A DNA stretch of 48,812 nucleotides from positions 1-48,812 of the forward strand of contig JBMNTK010000003.1 of assembly GCA_050945695.1 (NCBI GenBank), read 5' to 3'. A model generated the notes under the pieces. The model was not told where the DNA came from. It saw only the letters and a program-made list of their open reading frames with translations, and made no database searches. The DNA comes from Anaerolineae bacterium. Lineage in GTDB: Bacteria; Chloroflexota; Anaerolineae; DRVO01. Position 1 is the first letter of the stretch; each line of letters starts with the position of its first letter. Positions 16,230 to 25,269 of the stretch are shown in pieces. Made by a program: the position numbers and the translations under genes.

Positions 16230-17333
16230 ATGACTGTGTCCTTCGCGGGGCACAGGCCCAGTGCCCTTGCCCCGTTGCCTCATGACTTAGGGAGACCCAA
16301 GTTGCACGACGAGTCCGAGTACCAAGACGAGTTCGAATACTACGAAGCCCTGCACGACCCGGCCGTCTCGGCCGAAACCCGGCGCCTCAAGATACGCGCT
16401 GACCATCGGCCCAAGAAGACGACCGCAGAGATCCTGGCGGAGATCGCCGAGCCTGCCGCCTTGGACGGCGGGTTCAACATCACCTACCAGCCCGCGCGGT
16501 ATGAGAGCGGCTGGTTGCTGGACTCTCTTCGGGGCTTCTTCGAGCAGGACTACATCACTGACGTGCTCGCAATGGTGAAGGGCGGCAAGGAGGCCAGCGT
16601 CTACCGCTGCCGCGCCCATCCCGCCACCGGCGAGACCCTTCTGGCCGCCAAGGTGTACCGGCCCCGGAAGTTCCGCAACCTTCGCAACGACAAGATGTAC
16701 CGCGAGGGTAGGCAGATCCTTACAGCGGACGGGCGGCCGGTGAAGAGCACCGACCACCGCATCATGCGCGCCCTGGGCAAGAAGACCGACTTCGGGGTGC
16801 AGGTGGCCCACACGTCCTGGCTTATGCACGAGTACAACATCATGTCCCAGCTGTATCGGGCCGGGGCCGCGGTCCCTCGCCCCATCGCCGCCGGCGACAA
16901 TGCCGTGCTCATGGCCTACGTGGGAGACGAGAACATAGGTGCCCCCACCCTAAGCGAGGTGGACCTGGGGCCCGGGGAGCCGGAGCCGCTCTTCGCCGAG
17001 GTGATGCGCAACGTCGAGCTCATGCTCAGCCACGGCGTCGTCCACGGTGACCTGTCGGCCTACAACCTGCTCTACTGGGAAGGCGCCATAACGGTGATAG
17101 ACTGGCCCCAGGTTACCAACGTCACCACCAACCGGCAGGCCCGCTTCATCTTCAACCGCGACGTCACCCGCGTATGCCAGTACTTCGCCACCCAGGGCGT
17201 GCACCGAGATCCGGCTGCCCTGGCTGAAGAGCTGTGGCAACGCTACGTGGGCGACCGGTCCGATGAGGAGGCCCTGGAGGCGCAGATGGTGACCGAGGAG
17301 TGGGACGACTGGACCGAGGACTTCGACGACTGA
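16230..17333 (+). CDS. RIO-type serine protein kinase/ATPase
   Basis: KGGKEASVYRC (P-loop-like), AAKVYRPRKF, catalytic VVHGDLSAYNLLY, metal-binding VIDWPQ, and an acidic C-terminal tail. The start is uncertain; TTG 16302 with GGGAGA upstream is an alternative. Confidence 0.85.
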   Translation: MTVSFAGHRPSALAPLPHDLGRPKLHDESEYQDEFEYYEALHDPAVSAETRRLKIRADHRPKKTTAEILAEIAEPAALDGGFNITYQPARYESGWLLDSLRGFFEQDYITDVLAMVKGGKEASVYRCRAHPATGETLLAAKVYRPRKFRNLRNDKMYREGRQILTADGRPVKSTDHRIMRALGKKTDFGVQVAHTSWLMHEYNIMSQLYRAGAAVPRPIAAGDNAVLMAYVGDENIGAPTLSEVDLGPGEPEPLFAEVMRNVELMLSHGVVHGDLSAYNLLYWEGAITVIDWPQVTNVTTNRQARFIFNRDVTRVCQYFATQGVHRDPAALAEELWQRYVGDRSDEEALEAQMVTEEWDDWTEDFDD

Positions 17334-17340
17334 GAGAGAT

Positions 17341-17483
17341 GCACCGCAGAGGCCGCAGAGAGCGCAAAGAATGGAAAAGGGACGGCAAGGAAAGAGAGAC
17401 TATGGGGGGTGGGGCGGGTCATCTGCCCATTCCCTGCTTTTCTCTGCGTTCTTCTCCGCGATCTCTGCGGCCTCTGCGGTGAA
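17341..17483. repeat. family A palindromic intergenic element, second full copy
   Basis: gcaccgcagaggccgcagagagcgcaaagaatgg ... cccattccctgcttttctctgcg..atctctgcggcctctgcggtgaa. It starts 7 nt after the RIO kinase stop. Confidence 0.75.
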
Positions 17484-17569
17484 ACCCCCTCCCCGGTTGT
17501 CGGAGCGGCGCCGTCCGTCTATCTTGGTGTATCCGAGTGAGTGCCCTTCATCTGGGCAGAGAGGCGGCC

Positions 17570-18040
17570 ATGGCCAAGCAGACGAAGTGGAAGAAGGGAC
17601 GGGGTAAGCTGGGGGTATTCGCCCCCCTCATGGGCCGTTGGGTGGCCGAGGCCGACTCGCCCCAGGGGCCGGTGCGGTGCGTGCGCAGCTTCCGGAGGGT
17701 TCTGGGGGACACCTACATCGAGCTTTCTGCCGTCTGGAGCTTCGCTGACTCCACGTACGAGGAGTTGGCCCTCTTCGGCCGCGACAAGGAGGGCCGGGTC
17801 CGCTTCTGGTCCTTCACCTCCGACGGCAAGCAGTCCACCGGCGAGCTGGCCGACGTGAGCGACGTGCACCCGGAGGCCGTGGGGTTCGAGGCCCAGATGG
17901 ATGCCGGGCTAGCGCGGCAGATGTACTGGCCTGACGACGAAGGGGGCTTCTTCTGGGCGGTGGAGGCCCATGGCAAGGCCGGCTGGAACCGCTTCGTCGA
18001 GCACCACTACCGGCCACTTACTGACCCAACATCCTACTAG
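17570..18040 (+). CDS. hypothetical protein
   Basis: ORF trimmed to ATG 17570 (GAGAGG upstream). Coding-like composition, ~156 aa, no motif that I recognise with confidence. Confidence 0.5.
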   Translation: MAKQTKWKKGRGKLGVFAPLMGRWVAEADSPQGPVRCVRSFRRVLGDTYIELSAVWSFADSTYEELALFGRDKEGRVRFWSFTSDGKQSTGELADVSDVHPEAVGFEAQMDAGLARQMYWPDDEGGFFWAVEAHGKAGWNRFVEHHYRPLTDPTSY

Positions 18041-18083
18041 ATGCCGGCAAGGGCCTCCTGGGCCCTAGCTGCTGGGGGAGCAC

Positions 18084-18701
18084 TTGTCCGCAGGACCTTA
18101 CCTGGAGGGGCTGAGCCTGGGGGCCGGCCTCATCATCGCCATTGGGGCCCAGAATGCCTTCGTGCTGCGTCAGGGGCTGCGGCGCCGTCACACCTTCGTC
18201 ACTGCGGCCCTGTGCACGCTCTGTGATGTCGTGCTCATATCCTTGGGGGTGGCCGGGCTGGGCGCCCTCATCGCCGGTAGGCCGGCGCTTCTCACCGCCG
18301 CCACCTGGGGCGGGGCCGCTTTCCTCTTCTTCTATGGCCTGCGCTCCTTCCGTTCGGCCCTGCGGCCGGGGTCACTGGAGGCCGCCGTGGAGGGCGCGGA
18401 TACCGGCCTTCGAGCCACGGTGCTGGCAGTGCTGGCCTTCAGCTTGCTCAATCCCCACGTCTACCTGGACACGGTGATCCTGCTTGGGGGCATCGGAGCC
18501 CGGCACCCGGCCCCGGAGCGGCCGGTCTTCGTGGCCGGTGCCTGCACGGCATCGCTGTTGTGGTTCTTTGGCCTGGCCTATGGATCGGGCTTGCTGGCGC
18601 CGCTCTTTCGCCGCCCGAGCACCTGGCGAGCCCTCGACGGTCTGGTAGGGTGCATCATGTGGGCTATCGCCTTGGGATTGGTGCGCTCGGCAGTGGCCTA
18701 A
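18084..18701 (+). CDS. argO: LysE/ArgO family arginine exporter
   Basis: N-terminus LEGLSLGAGLIIAIGAQNAFVLRQGLRRRH closely parallels E. coli ArgO (GPQNAFVMNQGIRRQYH). ~205 aa with six hydrophobic segments. TTG start. Confidence 0.75.
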   Translation: MSAGPYLEGLSLGAGLIIAIGAQNAFVLRQGLRRRHTFVTAALCTLCDVVLISLGVAGLGALIAGRPALLTAATWGGAAFLFFYGLRSFRSALRPGSLEAAVEGADTGLRATVLAVLAFSLLNPHVYLDTVILLGGIGARHPAPERPVFVAGACTASLLWFFGLAYGSGLLAPLFRRPSTWRALDGLVGCIMWAIALGLVRSAVA

Positions 18702-18733
18702 GCGAGTCCGCAGCTTCCTGGCGGAGCCACGCG

Positions 18734-18765
18734 GTATGCCCTCCAGCCAGTGCTGGAGGGCATAC
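18734..18765. terminator. perfect 14-bp stem-loop between convergent argO and merR-family genes
   Basis: gtatgccctccagc cagt gctggagggcatac, located 33 nt after the argO stop. There is no U-tract. Confidence 0.45.
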
Positions 18766-18872
18766 ACCCAAGAGAAGGCGGTCGTCGCGCCCTGGGAGTG
18801 GCAACCGGGTTGCGTCTACGCGCGGAGAGAACTGCTCCGGCGACCCGGGCAGACCGCCTCGGGCGTCCTCGC

Positions 18873-19628
18873 CTAGCCCTGCTCGGCCATGCGGTCGCAG
18901 TAGGCCCGCATGGCATCGCGCATGAAGACTGCCAGGCCCGGACGCACCCGGTCGTAGAACTCGGTGAAGCGGCTATCCTCTACGTACATCTGGCCCAGGT
19001 TGCGGAAGGCCTCCAGCGAGCAGGACCAGAAGTGCTTGTTCATGAGCTTGTACCAGCGATCAACCATCGCCAGCACCTCGGGGTCGGCCGGGTCGCGATC
19101 CATGAGGTCGGCCATACCTAGGGTGATGGCCTGGGCCTCGGCCCACACGGCAGACTGCTCTTCCTTGCTGAGCTTAGCCAGCCCCTCGTAGGACCTATCA
19201 ACCTCGCTGCCCCAGCGCTGCCGAGCCTCCTGCCGATACTTCTCCATCTTCTCATCATCGAACGCCAGGAACATCTCTTCCTTGGGCATGCTTCTTCCTC
19301 CATCCATCGCGTCAATCGTTCGTTCCACGGACTCAATCAGCCGCTCCAGCCGGACCTTCTTCTCGATCAGCAGGCGGCGATGCTGCTCCAGCGCCTCGCG
19401 GCGATCGAAGTTGGGGCTGTGCAGGATGTCCTTGATCTCCTTGAGGCCGAAGCCCAACTCACGGAAGAACAGGATCTGCTGCAGCTGCTCCAGGTCAGCA
19501 TCCGAGTAGAGCCGGTAGCCGGACGGGCTCACCGACTCTGGCTGAAGCAGGCCGATACGGTCATAGTGGTGTAGGGTGCGCACGGTCACCCCGGCCAGGT
19601 CGGCTACTGCCTTTACTGTGTACGCCAC
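18873..19628 (-). CDS. MerR family transcriptional activator, TipA/Mta-like (TipAS C-terminal domain)
   Basis: VKAVADLAGVTVRTLHHYDRIGLLQPESVSPSGYRLYSDADLEQLQQILFFRELGF is nearly collinear with the TipAL/Mta N-termini. A ~140-aa helical C-terminal domain follows. GTG start with GGAGG 6 nt upstream. Confidence 0.85.
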   Translation of the reverse strand: MAYTVKAVADLAGVTVRTLHHYDRIGLLQPESVSPSGYRLYSDADLEQLQQILFFRELGFGLKEIKDILHSPNFDRREALEQHRRLLIEKKVRLERLIESVERTIDAMDGGRSMPKEEMFLAFDDEKMEKYRQEARQRWGSEVDRSYEGLAKLSKEEQSAVWAEAQAITLGMADLMDRDPADPEVLAMVDRWYKLMNKHFWSCSLEAFRNLGQMYVEDSRFTEFYDRVRPGLAVFMRDAMRAYCDRMAEQG

Positions 19629-19646
19629 TCCTTACCTCCATAGGGC

Positions 19647-19677
19647 AGCGTACACTATGACGTAACGTCAGGGTCAA
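19647..19677 (-). promoter_or_regulatory. MerR-type promoter/operator: TTGACC-19 nt-TACGCT with central dyad TGACGTnACGTCA
   Basis: The minus strand reads ttgacc ctgacgttacgtcatagtg tacgct. The spacer is 19 nt, and the perfect inverted repeat 19658-19670 sits inside it. It lies ~20 nt upstream of the regulator's start. Confidence 0.55.
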
Positions 19678-19709
19678 ATCTGGGGTTTGCTGGTGAACGA
19701 GAGAGGGCA

Positions 19710-19767
19710 TTCACCGCAGAGAGCGCGGAGGCCGCAGAGGGGACGCCGAGAAGGGCATAGAAGAGAC
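19710..19767 (+). repeat. family A repeat, solo left arm
   Basis: ttcaccgcagagagcgcggaggccgcagaggggacgccgagaagg matches the left arms at 14404 and 17341. No complementary right arm follows. Confidence 0.6.
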
Positions 19768-19919
19768 CGCCATTGAGCCAGACACTCTAGACCCGTGGCG
19801 AGGCGTCACCGGGGCAAGCCTGTAGCTAGACCCGCCTGAGTGGCATACAATCGCGGGTGGTCGGCGGGTTCCGCTCCAGGATGCCCGCTACCCTCGTGCA
19901 CGATGGAAGGAGAAGCCTC

Positions 19920-20732
19920 ATGTCCCACTGGTCCACCGGCTACGTCACCGTCAACGGCATCCGCCTGCACTACACCCGCACCGGCGGCGCCAAGCCACCC
20001 CTCGTCCTCTGCCACGGCGTCACCGACCAGGGCCTGTGTTGGACGGAGTTCGCCCGAGAGCTGGAGTCAGACTACGACGTGGTCATGCCCGACGCCCGAG
20101 GACACGGACTCTCGGGACGGCCCTGGATCACGCTGGGGCTGGATGACCTGGCCGCGGACCTAGCCGGGCTCATCGAGGCGCTATCACTGGAACGCCCCGT
20201 GGTGATCGGGCATTCGATGGGTGGGTTGACCGTGGGGTACCTGGCCGCCTACTACCCGGAGGTGCCCCGAGCGATCGTCATGGAGGACCCTCCCTTTGTG
20301 GCGGTGCAGGACCGTCCTCTGGCCGAACGGAAGGAGTGGGCAGAGCGCATGCGCGAAGGCGCGGCCCAGTCCAAGGCCACGCCCCGGCAGGAGCTGCTGG
20401 AGCGCTGCCGGCGCCAGTGTCCGACCTGGACCGAGGGCGAGATCCAGTGCTGGGCTGATGCCAAACCTCACGTCAACGCCGACGTCGGCTCCTTGGTGAC
20501 AACTCCCACCCGCCTGCCCTGGCGAGAGGCTCTGGCCCAGGTGACCTGCCCGGCCCTGCTCTTCCGGCCGGACCCGGACAAGGGCTACACAACCGCAGAG
20601 CACGCCCAGGAGATGCAGAGGCTGATGCCCGGTCTGGAGGTGGCTCACATCCCCGGCACCGGCCACTGCATCCGGCGAGAGCAACCGGCGGAATATCTCC
20701 GGATAGTGCGGGAGTTCCTAGCGCGGGTGTAG
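19920..20732 (+). CDS. alpha/beta hydrolase fold protein
   Basis: ORF trimmed to ATG 19920 (GGAAGGAG 7 nt upstream). HG oxyanion region LVLCHGV, nucleophile elbow GHSMGG, and C-terminal GTGHCI histidine. Confidence 0.8.
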   Translation: MSHWSTGYVTVNGIRLHYTRTGGAKPPLVLCHGVTDQGLCWTEFARELESDYDVVMPDARGHGLSGRPWITLGLDDLAADLAGLIEALSLERPVVIGHSMGGLTVGYLAAYYPEVPRAIVMEDPPFVAVQDRPLAERKEWAERMREGAAQSKATPRQELLERCRRQCPTWTEGEIQCWADAKPHVNADVGSLVTTPTRLPWREALAQVTCPALLFRPDPDKGYTTAEHAQEMQRLMPGLEVAHIPGTGHCIRREQPAEYLRIVREFLARV

Positions 20733-20797
20733 GGGCCCCGGCCGGGCCTCAGCCGGGAACCCCCACACCCTGAGGTGCCCTCCGATCGGCGCCTTCC

Positions 20798-22168
20798 CTA
20801 GAGCTGTGCCAGCCGCTCCAGCAGCCGGCACCATCCCTCCTGGCCCCGCTCGAAGCTGGCCAGCCGGAAGAACTCGTTGGGAGCGTGGGTCTGCTCATCG
20901 TTCAGGCCAAAGCCAAAGCCGATGGAGTGGATCCCTAGGTGTTTCAGGAACATGCCCAACACCGGCACCGACCCGCCCGTGCGGACCTGGTAGGGTTCTC
21001 GCCCGTACATCTCCTTGAGCACGTCGGCCACGGCCTGGTTGGCGGGGTGATCGGCGGGCACGGAGTAGGGCTGGGTGTTGGTTTCCCGGGGGTGCACTTC
21101 CACCCACGCCCCCACAGGCACGTGGGTTTCCAGGTGCCGCACTAACGCCGCCAGCACCTGCTCTGGGTCCTGGTTCGGCACCAACCGGCAACTGATCTTG
21201 GCGTGGGCCTCCGCCGGCAGGACGGTCTTGGACCCTTGGCCGGTGAACCCGCCCCACATCCCGGTCACTTCCAGCGTGGGCCGGACCCACAAGCGCTCCA
21301 GGGTGGTGTACCCGGCCTCTCCCCACAGCTCCTGGACGCCGGCCTGGGCCTTGAACTCCTCTTCATCGTAGGGCACCCGGGCGATAGCAGCCCGCTCCTC
21401 GGGCGTAAGCTCGGCCACGCCGTCGTAGAAGCCCTCCACCGTTACCCTGCCGTCCGGCCCGTGCAGCCCGGCGATTATCTCGGCCAGGGCATGCAGCGGG
21501 TTCTGCACCGCGCCCCCGAACCCGCCCGAGTGCAGATCCGTCTTGGGCCCGTGAACGGTCATCTCCAGCAGGCAGATGCCCCGCACACCCATGGCCAGAG
21601 CAGGCTCGGTCTCGCTCCACTGGCCACTGTCAGCATTGAGGGCGAAATCGCAGGCGAAGAGGTCTCGGTGGGCTGGGATGAAGGTATGCAGCTGGGGGCT
21701 ACCCACCTCCTCCTGGCCCTCCAGAAGGAACTTGACGTTGATGGGCAGCCGGCCCGTAGTCCGCAGAAGGGCCTCCACCCCCACCAGCGCGGCCATCAGG
21801 TTGCCCTTGTTGTCGGTGGCGCCCCGAGCGTAGATCCGCCCGTCGCGGACGGCAGGCTCGAACGGGGGGCTCACCCATTCATCCAGAGGGTCCACCGGCT
21901 GGACATCGAAGTGGCCGTAGATGAGGGCAGTGGGCTTGCCCGGCGCGCCCATCCAGGAGCCGAAGACGACCGGATGCCCACCGGTGGCCAAGACCCGAGC
22001 GTCCTCGATGCCCATGGAACGCAGGTGGGCGGCGATCCACTCGCCGGCCCGCTCCACCTCGGGCGCATACTCGGGGAGAGCGGAGATGCTGGGGATGCGC
22101 AGCAGCGCGGACAGGTCCTCGAGGAACCGAGGACGGTTAGCTTCTAGGTATTGGGCCCAGTCGGGCAT
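20798..22168 (-). CDS. M20 family metallopeptidase (dipeptidase/ArgE-DapE-like)
   Basis: ORF trimmed to ATG 22168 (GAGGAGG 8 nt upstream). Motifs IYGHFDVQPVDP, RGATDNKGN, LEGQEEVGS. Confidence 0.85.
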   Translation of the reverse strand: MPDWAQYLEANRPRFLEDLSALLRIPSISALPEYAPEVERAGEWIAAHLRSMGIEDARVLATGGHPVVFGSWMGAPGKPTALIYGHFDVQPVDPLDEWVSPPFEPAVRDGRIYARGATDNKGNLMAALVGVEALLRTTGRLPINVKFLLEGQEEVGSPQLHTFIPAHRDLFACDFALNADSGQWSETEPALAMGVRGICLLEMTVHGPKTDLHSGGFGGAVQNPLHALAEIIAGLHGPDGRVTVEGFYDGVAELTPEERAAIARVPYDEEEFKAQAGVQELWGEAGYTTLERLWVRPTLEVTGMWGGFTGQGSKTVLPAEAHAKISCRLVPNQDPEQVLAALVRHLETHVPVGAWVEVHPRETNTQPYSVPADHPANQAVADVLKEMYGREPYQVRTGGSVPVLGMFLKHLGIHSIGFGFGLNDEQTHAPNEFFRLASFERGQEGWCRLLERLAQL

Positions 22169-22320
22169 GGAAGTGGCCTCCTCATAGGGGTGCGCCATTC
22201 TAGCAGGAGTGCGGCCCCAGCGTCACCAGGGCGCACCCATCGCCAGCCCGCGTGGGCGCGCACTCCTCGGGAGGTGTGTCATTCCGAGCCCCTCTCCCTG
22301 TCACCCCGGGCACCCCCCAC

Positions 22321-22390
22321 GTCATTCCGAGCGAAGCGAGGAATCTCTGGCTCCGGAGAGGCGTAGATCCCTCGCTTCGCTCGGGATGAC
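22321..22390. repeat. family B inverted-repeat element (gtcattccgagcgaagcgaggaatc arms)
   Basis: Arm 22321-22345 pairs with arm 22366-22390 (gatccctcgcttcgctcgggatgac): 25-nt arms, 2 mismatches, 20-nt spacer. A partial copy tgtcattccgagc lies at ~22277-22289. Confidence 0.8.
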
Positions 22391-22646
22391 AAGCAATGAG
22401 CACCCCGGGCGCAGCAACCTGGCCTTGGGGGCAGCAGACCCGGCAGAGCATGGCTCCTACGCTATCTACATAGACGGCTCTTACGGTCCTTATACCATCT
22501 ACTTATATAAGCGTCCAACACTTAGTGCTATCATGCCTCGTGACTGGGGTGGCTTCACACGTCAGCCGGCTCCGGTCGTGTCAGTGTGCCGCTTTTGACC
22601 CAAACGGGCCGTTACCTAGGGCTGTTAGTACAGGAGGTCTGCTGTT

Positions 22647-23441
22647 ATGTCTCGAAACCTATCGCGGCGTAGGTTCCTAATGGCGATAGGGCTTACCGGA
22701 GCGGGGGCGGCAGCCATACCCATGGCTAGCCAGGCCCTATCGCGACTACCGGCCGCTGAGATGGGGCCAGTCATCTCCGCGGCGCCCCAAGAACATGGAG
22801 AGCAAGCCACTGCCGGTGCCCTGACTACCTTACTGGAGGGCTATGCCTTCTTCTCTGGCGAGGAGGCAGCCTTCATAGAGGCAGCGGTTGCCCGGCTCAT
22901 CCCCAACGACGACCTGGGCCCCGGTGCTCTGGAAGCAGGCGTTCCCTACTTCATAGACCAGCAACTGACCGGAGAACTGGGCTTCGGGCTCGCAGCCAAC
23001 TGGTACATGCAAGGACCCTTCGCGACCGGAGAGCCCACCCAGGGCTACCAGCTCGCCTACACCCCGCGCACCCTCTACCGCCAAGCCATTGCCGCCATCA
23101 ACGAGTACACCGCCACCCAGTACGGCGGGCCGTTCGCTAGCCTGGATACCGCTCAGCAAGACGAGGTCCTGCAGGGGCTGGAGTCCGGCAGCATTGATCT
23201 GGACCCGGTACCGGCGACGACCTTCTTCAACATGCTGCTGACAAACACCGTGGAAGGGTTCTTCAGCGACCCCATCTACGGCGGTAACCGTGACAAAGTC
23301 GGCTGGAGACTAGTTGGTTTCCCCGGCGTTCCGGCCCGGGGGTACAAGCCGCTCATTTCCCAGTACCGCAACCAGCCCTATGTCGTGGAGCCGGTGAGCA
23401 TTGCCGAAGTCCTGCAAGGACTGGTGACCACCGAGATCTAG
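22647..23441 (+). CDS. gluconate 2-dehydrogenase subunit-3-like (gamma) protein with Tat signal
   Basis: AGGAGG upstream. Twin-arginine signal SRRRFLMAIGLTGAGAAAIPMA and family motif FFSGEEAAFIEAAVARLIPNDDLGPGALEAGV. Confidence 0.8.
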   Translation: MSRNLSRRRFLMAIGLTGAGAAAIPMASQALSRLPAAEMGPVISAAPQEHGEQATAGALTTLLEGYAFFSGEEAAFIEAAVARLIPNDDLGPGALEAGVPYFIDQQLTGELGFGLAANWYMQGPFATGEPTQGYQLAYTPRTLYRQAIAAINEYTATQYGGPFASLDTAQQDEVLQGLESGSIDLDPVPATTFFNMLLTNTVEGFFSDPIYGGNRDKVGWRLVGFPGVPARGYKPLISQYRNQPYVVEPVSIAEVLQGLVTTEI

Positions 23442-23477
23442 GGCGCCTGACCGGGTACCCCAAGGAGTTATGAGGCC

Positions 23478-25250
23478 ATGCAAGAGCGACAGCTTAAGCC
23501 AGTGGATGTAGTGACCATAGGCGTCGGCTGGACAGGCGCCATTCTAGCTAAAGAGCTTGTGGATGCCGGGCTCAGGGTGGTTGGGCTTGAGCGGGGCCTG
23601 CCCCGTGACACCGTTCCCGACTTCACCAGCCCCCGCATTCACGACGAACTGCGTTGGTGGGTTCGGGGCGAGATCTTCCAGGACCTGAGCAAGGACACCA
23701 TCACCTTCCGCAACAACATCAAACAGACGGCGCTCCCTATGCGCCAACTGGGCTCGTTCCTACCAGGCGAGGGCCTGGGTGGAGCAGGCATCCATTGGAA
23801 CGGGGTCACTTGGCGCTGGCCACCCTATCAGTTCACCATGCGCACCAGCACCATAGAGCGCTACGGTCCAGAGGCCATCCCCGAAGACTGCACTATCCAG
23901 GACTGGGGAATCACCTACGAGGAGCTCGAGCCCTACTTCGACAAGTACGAGTACAACAACGGCGTATCCGGTAAGGCGGGCAACATCCAAGGGCAGTTGC
24001 AGGCAGGCGGCAACCCCTTCGAGGGTCCCCGCCAGCGCGAGTATCCCAACCCCCCGATACCAATGACTTACTCGCAGGAGTTGTTCGCGGAAGCGGCCGC
24101 CTCGCTGGGCTATCACCCCTTCCCGGCGCCGGCCTCCAACATGAGCCGGGCGTACACCAACCCGTACGGCGTGTCCCTGGGCGAGTGCAACTTCTGTGGG
24201 TTCTGCGAGAAGTTCGCCTGCGAGTGGTTCGCCAAGAGCAGCCCGCAGACTACCATCTTCCCTCAACTGCTGAACAACCCTCTGTACGAGCTGCGCACCG
24301 GGTGTCGCGTGCTGAGGATCAACCTCGACAGCACCGGCACCAGGGCGGTCAGTGTCACCTACGTGGACGCCCAGGGTCGGGAGATGGAGCAGCCGGCAGA
24401 GATCATCCTGCTGACTGCCTACCAGCTGCACAACGTCCGATTGCTCCTGCTCTCCGGCATCGGCCGGCCATACGACCCCGTCACCGGCGAGGGCGTAGTG
24501 GGCAAGAACTACTCCTATCAGGTCGGGGCTGGAGCCTCACTGTTCTTCGAGAAAGGGGTCGCCTTCAACCCCTTCATCGGTGCCGGTGCCGCCTCTACAG
24601 CCATAGACGAGTACAACGACGACAACTTCGATCACTCCGGGCTGGGGTTCATTGCCGGTGCCTACATCAGCTCGGGCCGCACGGGCGGCTGGCCCATCAA
24701 CTACCGTCCCACCCCGCCAGGCACCCCGAGGTGGGGCTCAGAATGGAAGCGGGCCGTAGCTCGCTACTACCAACGCCAAATGGGCATCGGTGCCTCTGGC
24801 GCCGTGCTCTCCTATCGGGACAACTACCTTGACCTGGACCCGACCTATCGAGATTCCCTGGGTCTACCGCTACTGCGGATGACGTTCGACTGGCACGATA
24901 ACGAGTTGCGGCTGACTGACTTCGTCGCCGGCAAGATAGTGGAGATCGCCCGTGCCGTCCGGCCCACCCCAGACCTCATCACCGTCGGCCGGCGCGGCCT
25001 GCACTATGACATCGTGCCCTATCAGAGCACCCACAACATCGGCGGCGCCATCATGGGGTCAGACCCGGGCACCAGTGTGGTTAACAAGTACCTTCAGTGT
25101 TGGGATGTGCCGAACTTGTTCGTCGTTGGCGCCTCCGCCATGCCTCAGAACTCAGCCTACAACCCGACCGGCACCGTCGGTGCCCTGGCCTTCTGGGCGG
25201 CAGATGCTATCAAGAACAGGTACGTGCCGAACCCAGGGCCGCTGGCATAA
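23478..25250 (+). CDS. GMC family FAD-dependent oxidoreductase (dehydrogenase alpha subunit)
   Basis: N-terminal FAD fold VDVVTIGVGWTGAILAKELVDAGLRVVGLERG and C-terminal HNIGGAIMG active-site region. 590 aa. No signal peptide of its own. Confidence 0.85.
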   Translation: MQERQLKPVDVVTIGVGWTGAILAKELVDAGLRVVGLERGLPRDTVPDFTSPRIHDELRWWVRGEIFQDLSKDTITFRNNIKQTALPMRQLGSFLPGEGLGGAGIHWNGVTWRWPPYQFTMRTSTIERYGPEAIPEDCTIQDWGITYEELEPYFDKYEYNNGVSGKAGNIQGQLQAGGNPFEGPRQREYPNPPIPMTYSQELFAEAAASLGYHPFPAPASNMSRAYTNPYGVSLGECNFCGFCEKFACEWFAKSSPQTTIFPQLLNNPLYELRTGCRVLRINLDSTGTRAVSVTYVDAQGREMEQPAEIILLTAYQLHNVRLLLLSGIGRPYDPVTGEGVVGKNYSYQVGAGASLFFEKGVAFNPFIGAGAASTAIDEYNDDNFDHSGLGFIAGAYISSGRTGGWPINYRPTPPGTPRWGSEWKRAVARYYQRQMGIGASGAVLSYRDNYLDLDPTYRDSLGLPLLRMTFDWHDNELRLTDFVAGKIVEIARAVRPTPDLITVGRRGLHYDIVPYQSTHNIGGAIMGSDPGTSVVNKYLQCWDVPNLFVVGASAMPQNSAYNPTGTVGALAFWAADAIKNRYVPNPGPLA

Positions 25251-25269
25251 GCGGCCAGGAGCAGCAACT

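Noticed and set aside
22596-22646. Promoter for the dehydrogenase operon starting from TTGACC at 22596.
   Set aside because: No acceptable -10 hexamer lies 16-19 nt downstream. The AT-richer stretch 22440-22560 probably holds the real promoter, but I could not identify a convincing -35/-10 pair.
24952-25269. 5' extension of the cytochrome c ORF, overlapping the end of the GMC gene.
   Set aside because: The internal ATG at 25270 has an AGGAG SD and opens with a classic signal peptide. The upstream part is an alternative frame of the GMC coding sequence.
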